NCBI GenBank assembly: GCA_963695095.1 | Contig: CAVOFT010000001.1 | Location: forward strand, 2,208,001 to 2,272,000 | Direction of reading: 5' to 3' | DNA length: 64,000 nucleotides | From: an uncultured bacterium | GTDB taxonomy: Bacteria; Krumholzibacteriota; Krumholzibacteriia; JACNKJ01 | Shown: piece after piece, positions 9,365 to 19,345 of the stretch | Position numbering within the stretch: position 1 is the stretch's first letter | Layout: every line of letters starts with the position of its first letter | Notes under the pieces: model-generated | What the model saw: only the letters and a program-made list of their open reading frames with translations | What the model was told of the DNA's origin: nothing | Databases searched by the model: none | Translations under genes and position numbers: made by a program

Positions 9365-10253
9365 AGATCCGGATCTCCGCGTCCAGGTGCACGCCCGTCT
9401 GTTCGGCCACCGCGGCCGCCACCCGCTGCATCAGGGCCTCGACGTCGGCGGCCCGCGTGCGGGCGGGCTCGGTCACGATGAAGTTGGCGTGGCGCTCGCT
9501 GACGGACGCGCCCCCCACGCGCAGGCCCTTGAGACCGCAGGCCTCGATGAGGCGGCCGGCATGGTCCCCGGGCGGGTTCTTGAAGGTGCTGCCCGCCGTG
9601 CCGATCCCCCCGGGCTGAGTGGCGGCGCGCTGGGCGAGGATCTCGCGGAAGCGCGTCCGGGCCGCGGCCAGTGCCGCCGGCTCCAGCTCCGGCAGATGCA
9701 GGGTGAGCGCAGTAACCAGGGCATCGGCAGGCAGGCTCGAGCAGCGGTAGCCGAACTCCAGCTCGCCGCGCCCAAGAGCGAAGGGGCTGCCGTCCAGGCG
9801 CCAGCCGCGACAGGCGAGAAAGGCGGCGGCCATGTCCCCGCCGAAGGCGCCCGCGTTGCCGCGGAGGGCCCCGCCGAGCGTGCCGGGCAGGGCCGCGGCC
9901 CAGACGAAGCCCCCGCGTCCCGCGGCAAGAGCCCGCCGCGCCAGCCGGGCGCTCGCAAGCCCCGCGCCGCACTGCGCCTCCTCGCCCGCGAAGGCGAGCC
10001 CGCCCAGCGCGCGCCCGATGCGGATGACCGCGCCGCGGATGCCGCCGTCGCGAATGAGCACGTTGCTGCCCTCGCCGAGCACGGTGACCGGCAGGCCGCT
10101 GGCGGCGAGGACGGCGAGCAGGGGGCCGATCTGCGCATCGCGCTCGGGCGTGAAGAGCCAGTCGGCGGGTCCGCCCAGGCGGAAGTTCGTCAATTCCGCC
10201 AGGGACGCCCGGCGCGCACAGGGTCCGTCGTAGGCGGCGGCGAGCCCCTCCAT
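9351..10253 (-). CDS. murB: UDP-N-acetylenolpyruvoylglucosamine reductase
   Basis: LGEGSNVL, PGTLGGA..NAGAFG, GSTFKNP, VSERHANF. Confidence 0.96.
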   Translation of the reverse strand: MEGLAAAYDGPCARRASLAELTNFRLGGPADWLFTPERDAQIGPLLAVLAASGLPVTVLGEGSNVLIRDGGIRGAVIRIGRALGGLAFAGEEAQCGAGLASARLARRALAAGRGGFVWAAALPGTLGGALRGNAGAFGGDMAAAFLACRGWRLDGSPFALGRGELEFGYRCSSLPADALVTALTLHLPELEPAALAAARTRFREILAQRAATQPGGIGTAGSTFKNPPGDHAGRLIEACGLKGLRVGGASVSERHANFIVTEPARTRAADVEALMQRVAAAVAEQTGVHLDAEIRIYGEA

Positions 10254-11638
10254 CAGTGGGCTCCCCGCGTCTCCCCGAGCCGCCGCACGAGATCCTCGGC
10301 GAAGCGATTGAGGTCGCCCGCGCCCAGCGTGAGGATGAGGTCGCCCGGCTGCGCTTCGGCGAGCAGCAGGTCGGCGATCTCGGCTTGCTCCGCGAAGCGG
10401 CGCACGGGGGTGCGCCCGCGCGCTGCTACGGCGCTGGCGATCAGCCCCGCGTCGACTCCCGGTTCGGGCGCTTCGCCGGCCGCGTAGATCTCGGTGAGGA
10501 TCAACTCGTCGGCCGCGTCGAAGGCGGCGCCGAACTCGTCGGCCAGCATGCGCGTCCGGCTGTAGCGATGCGGCTGGAAGACCACGCGCAGGCGGCGGCC
10601 GAAATGCTCGCGGGCGGCCTCGAGGGTGCGGGCGATCTCCGTCGGATGGTGGCCGTAGTCGTCGATGACGAGTACGCCGTCCACCTCGCCCCAGAACTCG
10701 AGCCGGCGGCCCACGCCCCGCGAGGCCGACAGGCCGCGCTGGATGGCCTCCGGCGCGATGTCCAGCTCGAGGCCGACCGCGATCGCCGCCAGGGCATTGA
10801 GAACGTTGTGCCGACCCATCAGCGGCAGCTCGAGCTCGCCGCTCTTGCGGGCGCTGCGCCAGCGAAAGCGCGTACCCCGGGCGTGCTGCTCGAGGATCTC
10901 CCCGCGCAGGGCGCAGTCCTCGCTCCAGCCGTAGCCGATCACGCGGCCGCGCAACTCGGGCAGCATGCCGCGCAACACGGGGTCCTCCAGACAGACGATG
11001 GCAGCGCCGTAGAAGGGCACCCGGTTGAGGAAGTCCATGAAGGCCGCGCGCAGGGTGGCAAAGTCGCCGTAGTGGTCCAGGTGCTCGTGGTCGACATTGG
11101 TGACGACCGCCCAGGTGGGCGCCAGGCGCAGGAAGGAGCCATCGGACTCGTCGGCCTCGGCCACCATGTGCGGACCGGCGCCGAGCCGCGCATTGCTGCC
11201 GAAGCTGAGCAGCCGTCCGCCCACGACGGCCGTGGGATCGAGGCCGCCGGCGTTGAGCACCTCGGCGACGAGGGAACTGGTGCTCGTCTTGCCGTGGCTG
11301 CCGCTGATGGCGATGCCGCGCTTGAGGCGCATCAGCTCGGCCAGCATCTCACCGCGGCTGATGCAGGGGATGCCCAGCCGCCGCGCCTCGCCGAGCTCCG
11401 GATTGTCCATGGGCACGGCGCTCGAGTAGACGACGACGTGGGCGCCGGCCACCTGCTCGGCGCGATGGCCCACCGCGCAGCGCACGCCGAGGCTGCGCAG
11501 GCGCTCCAGGGCCGGGCCTTCCTTCAGGTCCGAGCCGGTCACGGTGAAGCCGGAGTTGACGAGGATCTCCGCGATGCCGCTCATGCCGACGCCGCCGATG
11601 GCGACCAGGTGCAAATGGCGCGTACGGCCAAGGTGCAC
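10253..11638 (-). CDS. murC: UDP-N-acetylmuramate--L-alanine ligase
   Basis: IGGVGMSG, GSHGKTSTS, EADESDGSF, DDYGHHPTE, FQPHRYSRT; GTG start after GAGGAG. Confidence 0.97.
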   Translation of the reverse strand: MHLGRTRHLHLVAIGGVGMSGIAEILVNSGFTVTGSDLKEGPALERLRSLGVRCAVGHRAEQVAGAHVVVYSSAVPMDNPELGEARRLGIPCISRGEMLAELMRLKRGIAISGSHGKTSTSSLVAEVLNAGGLDPTAVVGGRLLSFGSNARLGAGPHMVAEADESDGSFLRLAPTWAVVTNVDHEHLDHYGDFATLRAAFMDFLNRVPFYGAAIVCLEDPVLRGMLPELRGRVIGYGWSEDCALRGEILEQHARGTRFRWRSARKSGELELPLMGRHNVLNALAAIAVGLELDIAPEAIQRGLSASRGVGRRLEFWGEVDGVLVIDDYGHHPTEIARTLEAAREHFGRRLRVVFQPHRYSRTRMLADEFGAAFDAADELILTEIYAAGEAPEPGVDAGLIASAVAARGRTPVRRFAEQAEIADLLLAEAQPGDLILTLGAGDLNRFAEDLVRRLGETRGAH

Positions 11639-11715
11639 GGCAATCTCCTCGCGGGAAGGGGCCGCTGGGGGCGGCGTGGAGCGGCCGGGACGCGCGCGGC
11701 CTCGTTGCGGGCTGT

Positions 11716-12825
11716 TTAGCATCGGCCCCGAGGGCCAGCAAGGCTTTTCTCCATCGCGGCGAGGATGTCCGCCGTGGCCTGCGGCCGGCCCAGGGCGGCG
11801 CTCGCCGCGGCCATCGCCGCCTCGCGCGCCGGGTCGCGCCAGAGCGCGGCCAGGGCGCCGGCCAGGCGCGGGCCGTCCAGCTCCTCGTCGGCGATGACGA
11901 GAGCGGCGCCGGCCGCGGCCAAGGCGCGCGCATTGGCGCTCTGGTGATCGTCCACCGCATGGGGAAAGGGCACGAGCAGGGCCGGCAGGCCGAGCACGGT
12001 GATCTCGGCCAGGGTCATGGCGCCCGCGCGGCAAAGCACCCAGTCGGCCCCGGCCATGCGCGCGGGCATGTCGTCCAGATACCCGGCGACCTCGACGGCC
12101 GGCGCGAGCGAGGCCAGCGCCGCTGCCGTCGCCGCCGCTTCGGCATCGCCGGTCTGGACCAGGGCCGCGAGCGGAAACTCGCGCGCGAGCAGGGGCAGAC
12201 CCGCGCGCAGCGCGGCATTGAGACTGCGCGCGCCGCGACTGCCCCCGAAGGCCAGCAGGCGCCGCGGGGCGCCGGGGGCGCGCGGCGGCCGCGGCCCGGC
12301 CAGGCTCAGGAATTCCTCGCGCAGGGGATTGCCCGTGAGCTGACAGCGGACGCCGTGGCCCAGGCGCTCCGCCGCCTCGGGGTAGGCGATGAAGACGGCC
12401 CGCGCGCGGCGCGCGAAGAGGCCGATCACGCGGCCGGGCACGCTGTTCTGCTCCTGCAGGAAGATGGGTCGCCGGGCCAGCCGGGCGGCGATGAGCAGAG
12501 GCAGACTCGCGAAGCTGCCCGTGGCGAAGACGGCATCCGGCCGGAAACGCGCCAGAAGAGCCAGCGCCTGCAGGGTGGACAGGGCGAGCTCGGGCAGGAA
12601 GAGCAGGCGCTCGACGAGTCCCTTGCCGCGGAAACCGCGCATGGGCAGGGCGCGAAAGGGGATGCCCGTGGGCGGCACCAGGCGCGCTTCGAGTCCGCGT
12701 CGCGAGCCCACGAAGCCGACGCTCCTGTCGCTGCCCCCGGCGAGGAATCCCCTCGCCACGGCCAGGGCCGGATAGATGTGCCCGCCCGTGCCGCCGCCCG
12801 TGACCAGGAGCCGGCGCATCGCCAT
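11716..12825 (-). CDS. murG: Lipid I GlcNAc transferase MurG
   Basis: GGGTGGHIYPA, EQNSVPG, TGNPLR, GGSRGA, DHQSANA. Confidence 0.97.
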   Translation of the reverse strand: MAMRRLLVTGGGTGGHIYPALAVARGFLAGGSDRSVGFVGSRRGLEARLVPPTGIPFRALPMRGFRGKGLVERLLFLPELALSTLQALALLARFRPDAVFATGSFASLPLLIAARLARRPIFLQEQNSVPGRVIGLFARRARAVFIAYPEAAERLGHGVRCQLTGNPLREEFLSLAGPRPPRAPGAPRRLLAFGGSRGARSLNAALRAGLPLLAREFPLAALVQTGDAEAAATAAALASLAPAVEVAGYLDDMPARMAGADWVLCRAGAMTLAEITVLGLPALLVPFPHAVDDHQSANARALAAAGAALVIADEELDGPRLAGALAALWRDPAREAAMAAASAALGRPQATADILAAMEKSLAGPRGRC

Positions 12826-14027
12826 CAGAGCTCCGGCGGCAGGCGGCGGGCGCGCTGCAAGCCGCGGCCGAAGAGATCCTCGGCCACGGGCTCCTCGACG
12901 CGCCCGCGCCGGAAGAGCGAGCGCCGCCGCGCCTGGGCCACGCGCAGGGGCTCCTCGCGGCTGACGGCGAGCACGAGACCGAGGGCCACCAGGTTCATCA
13001 CGAGGGCGCTGCCCCCGTGGCTGATGAGGGGCAGCGGCACGCCGGTGAGGGGAAACAGCCCCAGGGCCACGGCGAGATTGATCGCCGTGTAGACGAAGAG
13101 CATCCCCCCCATGCCGGCCGCCAGATAGCGCGCGAAGTGATCGGCCTGGCGCCTGGCGATGCGCAGCGCGCGCAGGGAGAGCGCCGTGAGCAGCCCGATG
13201 AGCACGAGCCCGCCCACGAAACCGTACTCCTCGCCGACGATGGCAAAGATGAAGTCCGTGTGGTGATCGGGCAGGAAGATGCGCTGGCGATTGCGCCCCG
13301 CCCCCTGGCCGAGCGCGCCCCCGGCGCCGATGCCGATCAGCGACTGGCGGAGCTGGTAGTTCTCGGCCGAGTTCTCGGTGGCGTCGAAGTTCCGCGTGAT
13401 GTCCACCCGCTGGCGCACGCGGCCGCTGGCGAGGTAGAGGCTGCCGGCCACGAGCAGGGCCGCCAGCAGCGCGGCGCCCAGCCAGCGCCAGGGCAGGCGC
13501 GCGGCGATCAGCACGCAGGCGCCGCTGAGCCCCAGGGCCAGCGCGGAGCCGAAGTCCGGCTGCAGGAGGACGAGCAGCACGGCGGCGCCCAGGGCGATCA
13601 CCGGCCACTTGAAGCGCCGCCAATCGGGAAGCTCCTCGCCACGGGCCAGCCGATCGGCCATGAAGAGCAGCAGTCCCACCCTGGCCGCGTCCACCGGCTG
13701 GATGCTGAAGCCCGCGATCGACAGCCAGCCCCGCGTGCCCTTGATCATCGGCGCGCTGAGCACCCAGAGCAGGAGCCCCCCGCAGGCGAGGGCGGCGACG
13801 GGCGCCGCCCGGCGGATCCAGCGCAGGTCGCTCATGGCGACGAGGATGAGGCCGGCCATGCCCAGGGCGATCTGCACCAGGCGCCGCACGATGTAGTCGC
13901 CGCCCCCGCCGCCCACGCCCGGCGGACCGAGTTGCGCGCTCGCCGAATAGAGGATGACGATGCCGGCGAGCAGGAGCAGCAGGGTGAGGCCGAGCAGGGG
14001 GCGATCCACGCCACGCAGCACTCTCAT
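12825..14027 (-). CDS. ftsW: SEDS peptidoglycan polymerase FtsW
   Basis: Multi-TM protein; LQPDFGS, LPDHHTDFIFAIVGEEYG, GVPLPLISHGGSA. Confidence 0.94.
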   Translation of the reverse strand: MRVLRGVDRPLLGLTLLLLLAGIVILYSASAQLGPPGVGGGGGDYIVRRLVQIALGMAGLILVAMSDLRWIRRAAPVAALACGGLLLWVLSAPMIKGTRGWLSIAGFSIQPVDAARVGLLLFMADRLARGEELPDWRRFKWPVIALGAAVLLVLLQPDFGSALALGLSGACVLIAARLPWRWLGAALLAALLVAGSLYLASGRVRQRVDITRNFDATENSAENYQLRQSLIGIGAGGALGQGAGRNRQRIFLPDHHTDFIFAIVGEEYGFVGGLVLIGLLTALSLRALRIARRQADHFARYLAAGMGGMLFVYTAINLAVALGLFPLTGVPLPLISHGGSALVMNLVALGLVLAVSREEPLRVAQARRRSLFRRGRVEEPVAEDLFGRGLQRARRLPPEL

Positions 14028-15355
14028 GCGCCGGCCTCCTGGACGAGGCGTCGAAAATGAGCGCCGCGCTCCTCGAAGTTCCGGTACTGGTCGTAGCTGG
14101 CGCAGGCCGGCGAGAGGACGAGCAACTCGCCTGCGCGGCCGTCGGCCCTGGCCGCCGCCACGGCCGCATCCAGGGTGCCCAGCTCGCGGCCGCGGGCCCC
14201 GAAGGCGCGGGCCACGGCCCCGCCCGCCTCGCCGATGCCGTAGGCCAGACGCACGCCGGGCAGCCCGGCGGCCAGCGCGGCGAAGTCGCCTCCCTTGTCG
14301 CGGCCGCCGGCGATGAGCAGCACCGGGGCGCCCAGGCCGGCCACTCCGGCCAGGGCGGCCTCGACGTTGGTGGCCTTGGAGTCGTTGAAGCAGCGCAGGG
14401 AACCCAGGCGGCCGACCTCCTCCATGCGATGGGCAAGGCCGCGGAAGCTGGCCAGGCCGGCGGCCAGCACCTCGGCATCGTCGCCGAAAGGCAGCACCAG
14501 GGCGAGCGCTGCCAGGGCATTGGCCAGGTTGTGGCGACCGGGAATCGGCAGGGCCTCGGCGGCCAGGAGCCGGCGCTCGCGGCCGCCGTAGCGGAAGGCC
14601 AGCTGATCGCCGGCCAGGAAGCTGCCCTCGGCGCCGCCGGGCGGCGGGCCGTCGAGGCGGAAGGGCAGGCGCCGCGCGGGGCAGGCAACCAGCCGGCGGG
14701 ACGCCTCGGCGTCCTCGCCGAGCACCAGGGTGTCGGCCGGGCCCATCGCCGCGAAGAGCTTGAGCTTGGCGGCGTAGTAGTCCTCCAGGCGCCCGTAGCG
14801 GTCCAGGTGGTCGGGGCTCAGGTTGAGCAGGGTGGCGCTACGCGGATGAAAGCGCGAGAAGGTCTCCGCCTGGAAGCTGCTCACCTCGACGACGTAGAGC
14901 TCGGCGTCCGGCTCGTCCACGAGCAGTTCGGCCAGGGGTCGCCCGAGGTTGCCGCCTGCGGGCGCGCGGCGGCCCTGGGCGGCGAGCAGGTGGGCGGCGA
15001 GGCTGGTCACCGTGCTCTTGCCGTTGCTGCCGGTGACGGCGATGAGCGGCACGGGGCAGCGCAGATAGGCCTCTTCCAGCTCGCCCGTGATGGGCAGGCC
15101 CCGCGCCTGGCAGGCGCGCAGGGCGGGGCTCGTCGGCGGCACGCCGGGACTGATCAGCACGCGCACGACGCCGTCCAGCCAGTCGGGCTCGAAGGCGCCA
15201 GCATGGCGCTCGGCGCCCATGAGCTCGCCGGGCAGCAGCTCCGGCAGGGCCTTCTCGTCGGCCAGGCGCACGGGCTCGCCGGCGGCGACCAGCAGCCGCG
15301 CGGCGGCGATGCCGCTGCGCCCCGTGCCGAGGATGAGCGTGATGCCCGCGGCCAC
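14024..15355 (-). CDS. murD: UDP-MurNAc-L-Ala--D-glutamate ligase
   Basis: LGTGRSG, TGSNGKSTV, EVSSFQ, PDHLDRY, NDSKATN, SPACASYDQYRNFEERG. Confidence 0.97.
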   Translation of the reverse strand: MAAGITLILGTGRSGIAAARLLVAAGEPVRLADEKALPELLPGELMGAERHAGAFEPDWLDGVVRVLISPGVPPTSPALRACQARGLPITGELEEAYLRCPVPLIAVTGSNGKSTVTSLAAHLLAAQGRRAPAGGNLGRPLAELLVDEPDAELYVVEVSSFQAETFSRFHPRSATLLNLSPDHLDRYGRLEDYYAAKLKLFAAMGPADTLVLGEDAEASRRLVACPARRLPFRLDGPPPGGAEGSFLAGDQLAFRYGGRERRLLAAEALPIPGRHNLANALAALALVLPFGDDAEVLAAGLASFRGLAHRMEEVGRLGSLRCFNDSKATNVEAALAGVAGLGAPVLLIAGGRDKGGDFAALAAGLPGVRLAYGIGEAGGAVARAFGARGRELGTLDAAVAAARADGRAGELLVLSPACASYDQYRNFEERGAHFRRLVQEAGA

Positions 15356-15363
15356 GGCCCCCC

Positions 15364-16451
15364 CTAGCGCAGCTTGAGCGTGCTCAGGCCGACCATGGCC
15401 AGCAGCACGGCGAGGATCCAGAAGCGCACGACCACCTTGGACTCGTGCCAGCCCGTCAATTCGAAGTGATGGTGCAGCGGCGCCATGCGGAAGATGCGCT
15501 TGCCGCGGCGCTTGAAGCTCCAGACCTGCAGGATCACGCTGGCCGCCTCGATGACGAGGACACCACCGAGGATGAGAAGCAGCAGTTCCTTTTTGATCAG
15601 GATGGCCACGGTGCCCAGCGCCCCGCCGAGGGCGAGGCTGCCCGTGTCCCCCATGAAGAGCTCGGCGGGATGCGCGTTGAACCAGAGGAAGCCCAGGCCG
15701 GCGCCGACTACCGCCGCGCAGTAGATGGTCAGTTCGCCCGCTCCCGGCAGATAGACGATGTTGAGGTAGTCGCTGAAGACCTTGTGGCCGCTCACGTAGA
15801 CGAGTCCCGTGAAGGCGACGAAGACGATGCTGACGACGCCGATCGCCAGGCCGTCCAGGCCGTCGGTCAGGTTCACCGCGTTGCTGAAGCCCGTGATCAC
15901 GAGCACGACCAGGGGCACGTAGAAGAGCCCGAGGTTGAGCAGCACGCCCTTGAAGAAGGGCAGCTCCATGGTGACGCCCGGGCGGCTCGACTCCAGCGGC
16001 AGGTAGTAGAGCACGAGGCCGAGGGCCAGGCCGAGCGCCACCTGCCCCACCAGCTTGTAGCGCCCGACCAGCCCCTTGCTGCGCTTCTTGACCACCTTCA
16101 GGTAGTCGTCCATGTACCCGAGCAATCCCGTCCCGAGTGTCACGGCGACGACGAGCTGGATGTAGCGGTTCGTGAGGTCGGCCCACAGCAGCGTGGGCCC
16201 GAGCACGCTGGCCAGGATCAGCAGGCCGCCCATCGTCGGCGTGCCCGCCTTGGCCTTGTGCGAGGCGGGCCCCTCGGGACGGATCTGCTCGCCGAGCTGC
16301 AGGCGGCGCAGGCGCCGGATCAGCCAGGGACCCATCAGGAAGCTGATGGCCAGGGCCGTCACGAAGGCATAGGCGCTGCGAAAGGTGATGTAGCGGAAGA
16401 CATTGAAGCCGCCGAACCAGTCCAGCAGGAGGAAGTGCAGATGGTAGAGCA

Positions 16452-16452
<1 letters not shown>
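15364..16452 (-). CDS. mraY: Phospho-MurNAc-pentapeptide transferase
   Basis: KAGTPTMGG, NAVNLTDGLDGLA, FMGDTGS, MAPLHHHFE. Confidence 0.98.
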
Positions 16453-17863
<1,411 letters not shown>

Positions 17864-17867
<4 letters not shown>

Positions 17868-19345
17868 GCTCCCCCGCTTCGTTCGGCCCAGGCCTCCTGC
17901 AGCGCCTGGGCATCGTCGAAGGGATGCCGGACGCCGGCGATCTCCTGCGTGCGCTCGTGCCCCTTGCCGAGCAGGGCGATGAGATCCTGCGGACCGGCCG
18001 CGGCCAGGGCGATGCGGATGGCGCGCGCGCGGTCGGGCTCTTTGTGCCAGCTTCCGGCGGCGCGGTCCATCCCTGTTTCGATGTCGGCGAGAATCGCGAG
18101 CGGATCCTCGCTGCGCGGATTGTCGCTCGTGAGGATGACCAGATCCGCGGCCGCCTGCGCGGCGGCGCCCATCAGCGGCCGCTTGCCGCGATCGCGATCG
18201 CCGCCGGCGCCAAGGACGGCGATCAGGCGGCCCGCGCAGAGCGGCCGGAGCGCCGCGAGCACGCGCGCGATGGCGTCCGGGCTATGGGCATAGTCGACGA
18301 GGGCCGCCGGCCCGCCGGCGAGCGGCACGCGCTGCAAGCGTCCGGGCACGCCGGCGAAGGCGGCCAGCCGCTCGGCAAGGGCCGCGGGCGCCTCGCCGAG
18401 GGCGAGCGCGAGGGCCAGGGCCCCCGCGCAGTTGCTCACGTTGAAGTCGCCGACGAGCCCGGTGGCGAACGACGCCTCGCCGTCCGCCCAGCGCAGGCGC
18501 CAGCGGCTGCCCGTGGCCGCGAGCCGCTCATCGACGATGCGGAAGTCCGCGCCCGCCGCCCGCCCGTAGCTCAGCACGCGCTCGCCATCGCGCAGCGGCG
18601 CGAAGGCGGGATCGTCGGCATTGACCAGGGCCGGCGCCCCGGCCCGGCGCAGGTCGAGCAAGCGCAGCTTGGCCGCGCGATAGCTGGCCATGTCGCCGTG
18701 ATAGTCCAGGTGGTCGCGGCTGAGGTTCGTGTACAGGGCGCCCGCGAAGCCGAGACCGGCCACGCGCTCCTGGTCCAGCGCGTGGCTGCTCACTTCCATC
18801 GCGAGACCGGCCAGGCCCGCCGCCAGGCCCTCGGCGAGCAGGCGCGCGAGGCTGACGGGATCGGGCGTCGTGTGCGTGGCGGGCGCGGGCGAGCCGCCCG
18901 CCTCGACGTAGATGGTGCTCAGCACGCCCCAGCGCGCGGGGCCACCCATCAGCGCCTGCAGCAGCAGCGCCGAGCTGGTCTTGCCGTTGGTGCCCGTCAC
19001 GCCGAGCAGCGCGAGCCGGCGGGCAGGGTCGCCGGCCAGGCGCTGGGCGACGAGGCCCACGGCCCGCCGGGGCTGGGGGCAGAGGAGCAGCGGCATGCCG
19101 GCCGGCGCCTCGCTGCCCGCGGGCAGGAGCAGGGCGACGGCGCCGGCGCTCAGCGCCGCCGGCACGAAGTCCCGGCCATCCCGGCGGCTGCCCGGCAGCG
19201 CGGCGAAGAGGCAGCCGGGCACGACCTGCCGGCTGTCGATGGCCAGCGCGCTCACCGCGAGATCCGGCCCGCGTCGCTCGCAGCCGCCGGCCTCGCTCGC
19301 CAGCAGACGCTCGAGTTCGCTGAGTGGGATCGCGCCTGCGCTCAT
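17864..19345 (-). CDS. murE: UDP-MurNAc-dipeptide--meso-DAP ligase
   Basis: TGTNGKTS, MEVSSHAL, DHLDYH, DYAHSPD, DAP-specificity motif DNPR, GKGHE. Confidence 0.97.
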
